Shown: piece after piece, positions 23,256 to 27,531 of the stretch
Layout: each line of letters opens with the position of its first letter
Position numbering within the stretch: position 1 is the first letter of the stretch
Virus record (IMG/VR): IMGVR_UViG_3300044709_000096
Location: 1 to 27,531 of that record
DNA: 27,531 nucleotides
Reading direction: 5' to 3' (one strand)
Source: a virus
Lineage: Duplodnaviria; Caudoviricetes
Notes under the pieces: model-generated
The model's input: the letters and a program-made list of their open reading frames with translations, nothing else
Told to the model about the DNA's origin: nothing
The model's database searches: none
Position numbers and translations under genes: made by a program

Positions 23256-23782
23256 TGTATGCGCCACCCCGCGTCGACGGGCTGACGACGATCTCGACCA
23301 TCCACGCACTCGACGTCTCCGGCGAGGTGTTCCAATACACGGCCACGCCGGGCTCGAATGCCTATCCGCTCGCGAACCTCGCGCTCTATATCCCCTTCTC
23401 GGTCTCCGAAGCGGTGACGGCGTTCGAGGGTTGGGTGGTGACGGGTACGGTAGCCGGAGGCAACTTCGATATCGGCGTCTACAGCGCCGCAGGGAGCCGC
23501 CTCACGTCATCGGGCTCGACGGCGCGGACGGCGAGCGCGGTCAACAACACGACAGCGATGACGAACCTGGTGCTCCAACCCGGGACGCGCTACTACATGG
23601 CGTTCTCTGCCGATGCGACGAGCAACTACTTCGCCGCGACCGAGGCTGCAGGGTTGCGGGAGTGCCAAGGCGTGCTGGAGTCCACGACGAGTTTCGTCCT
23701 GCCATCGTCGCCGACGTTGTCCCGGACGACGCGGGCGTACATCCCGCTGTTCGGCCTGAACCTCTACAGCGTGGCGCTGTAG
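23255..23782 (+). CDS. Beta-sandwich virion protein, paralog A
   Basis: YIPF...NFDIGVY...L.PG.RYYMA...YIPLFGL. Confidence 0.7.
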   Translation: MYAPPRVDGLTTISTIHALDVSGEVFQYTATPGSNAYPLANLALYIPFSVSEAVTAFEGWVVTGTVAGGNFDIGVYSAAGSRLTSSGSTARTASAVNNTTAMTNLVLQPGTRYYMAFSADATSNYFAATEAAGLRECQGVLESTTSFVLPSSPTLSRTTRAYIPLFGLNLYSVAL

Positions 23783-24316
23783 ATGTACGCGATTGCAGGC
23801 CGCGGTGAGCTCCCGCCGGTGTTCCTATCCTCGATCCACGCTCTGGCGTGGCGTGGTGCGAACCGCGTGGGTCCGGCTTCCGCGACGTGGAACGCGACGA
23901 ACCAGATCATCTACGTGCCGTTCGGATTGCACATCGGCGTCACGGTCTACCGCTACTTCTGGCTGAACGGCGCGACCGTCGGAACGAACAACTTCCAGGT
24001 CGGTATCTACCGGCCGGACTTCACGCGTGTCAACGCCGGCACATCGACGCTGTCGGCGGGAACCGCCAACCTATGCCAGTTCGACAACATCACCGACTAC
24101 TACCTCTCGCCAGGCCGCTACTACATGGCGATGTGGGGCAGCGGCACCACGGCCACGGTGTTCCGGGTCAGCGGCGACGCCCGTCAGACACAAGGGATCT
24201 ACTACGAAACGAACGCCGGTGGCCTGCCTTCCACAGGCACTCCGACCGACCCAGCCGTCGCGGTCTCGGCGTACCTACCCGTGTTCGGCCTGGCACTCCG
24301 CGCCACCGACCCGTAG
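23783..24316 (+). CDS. Beta-sandwich virion protein, paralog B
   Basis: YVPF...NFQVGIY...L.PGRYYMA...YLPVFGL. Confidence 0.7.
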   Translation: MYAIAGRGELPPVFLSSIHALAWRGANRVGPASATWNATNQIIYVPFGLHIGVTVYRYFWLNGATVGTNNFQVGIYRPDFTRVNAGTSTLSAGTANLCQFDNITDYYLSPGRYYMAMWGSGTTATVFRVSGDARQTQGIYYETNAGGLPSTGTPTDPAVAVSAYLPVFGLALRATDP

Positions 24317-24351
24317 ACCTCCCGCTCTAGCCCCTAAGGGAAGGAAGGTGC

Positions 24352-24786
24352 GTGCGAATCTGCACCGAGGACGGATGCGATAGGAAGCATTACGGACATG
24401 GTCTGTGCCGGCTTCACTACGGCCGGGAACGGGCAAAAACGCATCCTGATAAGAGAATACCCACCGCTGCTGCCCGCTCGGCCTCGAACCGTCGCTACCG
24501 CCTAAGTGGGAAGAAGGCGGCTGCGCTAGCACGCCAGCTGGCGCGAGGTGTGCAGATCCAGTCCTGGTCCGACCATCACAACGCGATGGCGGTTCTCAAG
24601 GGTTCGCGCCCTGAAGGGATGACCTTGTCACTTGTGAACCCGGATAGCCCCTCGGCTTACACCGGGTACGGGTACTACAACGGTCGCCGTTGTCCGTATC
24701 GGCTATCGACCGACCCCGACGACTATGTCTGGGAATCCCAACTCGACAACATGCATCGGGGGCAGCCGATGCGCGCGGCAGTTTAG
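24352..24786 (+). CDS. Divergent HNH-like homing endonuclease
   Basis: N-terminal C-x4-C...GLC..HY finger; C-terminal 'PEGMTL...STDPDDY..ES..DN..RG'; lower GC3 than neighbours. Confidence 0.6.
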   Translation: MRICTEDGCDRKHYGHGLCRLHYGRERAKTHPDKRIPTAAARSASNRRYRLSGKKAAALARQLARGVQIQSWSDHHNAMAVLKGSRPEGMTLSLVNPDSPSAYTGYGYYNGRRCPYRLSTDPDDYVWESQLDNMHRGQPMRAAV

Positions 24787-24795
24787 GAGAATCGG

Positions 24796-24933
24796 ATGGC
24801 CTCGACCGCGACCGCCGGCACGATCTGGTTCTGGACCGAGAGCGCCGCAGCGCCGGCCGAGATCCCCATCGTGGTCGCCGAACGCAAGCTCATCCGCCGC
24901 ATCACCCGCAAGTCGTCTCGCTCTCCGAGCTAG
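24796..24933 (+). CDS. 45-aa protein with basic C-terminus
   Basis: AGGAG RBS; MASTATAGTIWFW...RKLIRRITRKSSRSPS*. Confidence 0.55.
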   Translation: MASTATAGTIWFWTESAAAPAEIPIVVAERKLIRRITRKSSRSPS

Positions 24934-24943
24934 GAGGCACCAT

Positions 24944-25384
24944 ATGGCAAGGGCAAGCGCATCGTTCCGGATGACCAACGCGCCGACGAACCTCCTACCG
25001 GGAGCCTCGCTCTACTCGGTGGCGAACATCCGGTTGCATCTTCGTGAAGTGCAGGTCTACAACACCACCACCACCGCTTGCGGCATCGCCCTGATCCGGT
25101 TGACCACCGCCGGCACCCAGGGCGCCGCGATCACCGAGGCGAAGTACGACGCCGACCAGCCCACGATCCAGGGGACGGCGTTCAACTCCCACACCTCGAC
25201 CGGCCCGACCATCACCGACGAGCTCGTCCGGGGAGACCTCGGCGCGGCGATCGGTTCGGGGGTGATCTGGACGTTCGATGTGGATGCTGTCCGTATCCCT
25301 CCAGGCACGGCCAACGGAGTGGGACTCATCACGCCGACCGGCACCGGTCAGGTCTGCGACGTGGTCTTCGTCTGGGAGGAATAG
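24944..25384 (+). CDS. Beta-rich virion protein
   Basis: ATG after AGGAGG; Thr/Gly-rich; ends ...VVFVWEE. Confidence 0.75.
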   Translation: MARASASFRMTNAPTNLLPGASLYSVANIRLHLREVQVYNTTTTACGIALIRLTTAGTQGAAITEAKYDADQPTIQGTAFNSHTSTGPTITDELVRGDLGAAIGSGVIWTFDVDAVRIPPGTANGVGLITPTGTGQVCDVVFVWEE

Positions 25385-25867
25385 GTGAGTACCTTCCAAC
25401 TCTACGGAAAGGTCGGGGCGAACTTCCTCGGCGGCGAAGCCTCCGGCGACGTCGGCATGACCGACTACCTGACGAACTCGCTCCGTTTCACGCTTCACAC
25501 CACGACCTACACGCCGAACATCGACACCGACGAAGCCTTCGCCGATGCCACGAACGAGCTCGGCACGGCCAACGGCTACACGGCCAACGGCATCGCCATC
25601 GCTGGCAAGACCGTGGTCTACAACGCCACCGGCAACATCACCACGTTCGACATGGACGACACGACGGTGGTGTGGACGGCTTCGGGGGCCGGCTTGGTGT
25701 TCCGCTACTGCGTGCTCCATGACGACACCGTGGTGACAGGTCCGCCGGCCAAGCCGCTCATCGGCTACATCGACGTCACCGGCTCGGGGAACACCACCGT
25801 CACGGCAGGTAACACCTTCACGATCACGACTGGAGCGAGTGGGCTCTTTCAAGCAACAGTGACGTAG
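25385..25867 (+). CDS. Fibre subunit-like virion protein
   Basis: 'NEL....GYT.NG', 'VWTA', 'PLIGYID', 'V..G.TFTIT...G.F' pattern of a widespread phage fibre-subunit family. Confidence 0.75.
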   Translation: MSTFQLYGKVGANFLGGEASGDVGMTDYLTNSLRFTLHTTTYTPNIDTDEAFADATNELGTANGYTANGIAIAGKTVVYNATGNITTFDMDDTTVVWTASGAGLVFRYCVLHDDTVVTGPPAKPLIGYIDVTGSGNTTVTAGNTFTITTGASGLFQATVT

Positions 25868-25870
25868 CCC

Positions 25871-26833
25871 ATGGCGCGGCGGGAATACTTCCGCGTCCCC
25901 AAGCGAAGCCGGATCATCTGGTTCGCCTCGGCCAACGTCGTCACGACCGTCGATGTTGCGGGAAGCATCACTTGGACCGGTGCGACCGACGTCGTCCTGG
26001 TCGCGACCACCAGCATCCCCAAGGTAAACCGGCGTCGGCGGCGCAAGCCCAAGCGCATCGTCCGCGGCTCACGCATCGCCCGATTCACGCCGCTCGCCAA
26101 CGTCATCAGCAACGTCGACGTCCAGGGGCAACTCCTGTGGACGGGCCAGTCCGTAGCGCTGGTTCTCAACGTCGCCCCAACGGCAGGGGCGATCACCTGG
26201 CAGGGCTCGAGCATCACCCTTGCCTTCGGTGTCACCCCGACTCCAGGCCAGATCACCTGGAACGGCGCCACCGACATCCTGCTGGTTGCCACGACCAGCA
26301 TCCCGCGCTTCAACCGCAGGCGGCGCCGCAAGCCGAAGAAGATCGTCCGCGGCTCCAGGATCCAACGCTTCACGGCAGTAGTCCCGGGCGTCACGAACGT
26401 CGACGTCGCAGGGCAGATCACTTGGACCGGCCAAGACCTACCGCTCAGGTTCACCATCCCCATCACGGCGGGGCAGGTCACCTGGTCGGGGCAATCGGTC
26501 GCGCTGGTCCTCGGGACCACCCCGACGGCCGGAAGCATCACCTGGGCAGGCCAAGCCCTCCCACTGAGCACGAAGATCGGTGTCACCGCAGGGGCGATCC
26601 TGTGGGCCGGCGCAACGGACATCGTGCTCATCGCCACCGGCGGACCTCCTCCAGGCACGCCGGTGGAGTGCCCAGACGCCGACCTCATCGGCGCAGAGGC
26701 CGAAGCACTTCTGTCTCAGGTCTTCGGCGCCGCTCTGCTCTCTGGCACAGAGGGAAACAGCGTCCTGACCAGCACGAATGGAGACGCCGTCCTGGTAGGT
26801 ACCGAAGGACAGGCCACGACGAGGGAGTGCTGA
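25871..26833 (+). CDS. Repeat-rich fibre scaffold-like protein
   Basis: 8 x G-x-[ILV]-[TL]-W-x-G repeats, two RRRRRKPK inserts, C-terminal 9-aa repeats. Confidence 0.75.
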   Translation: MARREYFRVPKRSRIIWFASANVVTTVDVAGSITWTGATDVVLVATTSIPKVNRRRRRKPKRIVRGSRIARFTPLANVISNVDVQGQLLWTGQSVALVLNVAPTAGAITWQGSSITLAFGVTPTPGQITWNGATDILLVATTSIPRFNRRRRRKPKKIVRGSRIQRFTAVVPGVTNVDVAGQITWTGQDLPLRFTIPITAGQVTWSGQSVALVLGTTPTAGSITWAGQALPLSTKIGVTAGAILWAGATDIVLIATGGPPPGTPVECPDADLIGAEAEALLSQVFGAALLSGTEGNSVLTSTNGDAVLVGTEGQATTREC

Positions 26834-27132
26834 TGAACCTCAAGCAGGGCGACCTCGCACCCAAGCTGACGATCGACCTGAACGCCGACGTCACCGGCGC
26901 CACGTCCAAGGTCATCAAGATGCGGCGTATCCACGACACCACCATCGTGACCAAGACCCTGACCGTGGTGGATGCCCCGACCGGCGTGCTCGAGTACCAG
27001 TGGGTCGCCCCAGACACCGATACCCCAGGCACGTACCTGATCGAGGCTGTCATCACCTTCGCGAGCGGGGCCATCGAACGCTTCCCCCAGCGCTCCTACC
27101 TCGAGCTGGTCATCAAGCCCAAGGTCGGCTGA
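26833..27132 (+). CDS. BppU-N-like adaptor protein
   Basis: M.LKQGD..P.L...DVTGA...G.LEYQW...DTD.PG.Y..E...TF..G..E.FP; TGATG overlap. Confidence 0.75.
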   Translation: MNLKQGDLAPKLTIDLNADVTGATSKVIKMRRIHDTTIVTKTLTVVDAPTGVLEYQWVAPDTDTPGTYLIEAVITFASGAIERFPQRSYLELVIKPKVG

Positions 27133-27151
27133 AAAAGGGGTGGGGGGGGTC

Positions 27152-27531
27152 ATGCAGAAACAAGGGGTGGGGGGTCGAAGGGCCTGCATCTGCGGCTCCA
27201 TGAACTGCAGGCACAAACGGCGTAGGGGGGGTACCTCCTACGGAGCAGACCACCAGGCACGGCGTAGCACCATGCTGGTCTCTACCCCCGAGGTGTGTGC
27301 TCGGTGCGGTCAAGGACCCAGGCCCGATGACCCTTGGGAAGCAGGGCACACCCACCCCCGTGCGCTGGGTGGAGGCCCTGAGGTACGCCGAGAACATCGA
27401 AGTTGCAACCGGAGGGCGGGTGCCGTGCTAGGCCAGATGATGCGACAGGCTCGGCGTGGTGATGGTGATCGGGAACTCGGCGAACTCGAACGGCGTTTTT
27501 TCCCACGCAACACCAAGAGACCTCTCAGCGG
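27152..27531 (+). CDS. HNH endonuclease; continues across the end junction to stop at 31-33
   Basis: CICG..C.H, YGADHQARR, CARCG...WEAGH..P...GG....EH.SCNRRAG. The frame is open to the window end and closes at TGA 31-33 after merging the 8-bp overlap (134 aa). Confidence 0.88.
   Translation, partial: MQKQGVGGRRACICGSMNCRHKRRRGGTSYGADHQARRSTMLVSTPEVCARCGQGPRPDDPWEAGHTHPRALGGGPEVRREHRSCNRRAGAVLGQMMRQARRGDGDRELGELERRFFPRNTKRPLS
27524..27531 (+). repeat. 8-bp terminal direct repeat CTCAGCGG (right copy)
   Basis: Identical to bases 1-8. Confidence 0.85.

Noticed and set aside
24317-24795. Group I intron carrying the HNH-like ORF
   Set aside because: The flanking non-coding space is only ~35 and ~10 nt, and neighbouring genes have their own stops and starts.
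25960-26430. DGR template/variable repeat pair or CRISPR-like array
   Set aside because: The repeats are in-frame coding duplications with mainly synonymous differences. There is no adenine-specific pattern, reverse transcriptase or spacer structure.
25972-26832. 386-aa ORF extension upstream of the BppU-like gene
   Set aside because: It is an off-frame reading of the repeat gene. The real start is ATG 26833 (TGATG overlap, GAGGGAG SD).

Overview
The window appears to be a complete, ~27.5 kb, high-GC siphovirus-like phage genome, probably with an actinobacterial host (inferred from GC content, leaderless promoters and gene styles). The first and last 8 bases are identical (CTCAGCGG). Joining them restores an HNH gene whose stop overlaps the terminase start. 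Gene order is: TerL, portal, fused protease-capsid, neck and tail genes (G/GT frameshift, ~500 aa tape measure), a minus-strand moron (secreted RTX-repeat protein plus membrane protein), lysis cassette, XRE repressor and control region, early/replication genes (Rad52/Sak, GIY-YIG, replication initiator, C5 methyltransferase, NinG-like HNH, secreted transglycosylase, EndoVII), a second structural (fibre-like) cassette, and HNH. The most striking signals are four. (1) TerL keeps its ATPase motifs but seems to have lost all catalytic aspartates of the nuclease domain; there is no recognisable TerS, and an HNH gene is coupled directly to TerL. (2) Two structural genes apparently start at ATC behind perfect GGAGG sites. 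(3) A repeat 'string' protein with poly-Arg inserts sits in a fibre cassette. (4) There is a repressor but no integrase. All protein calls come from motif recognition by eye; no database searches were run.
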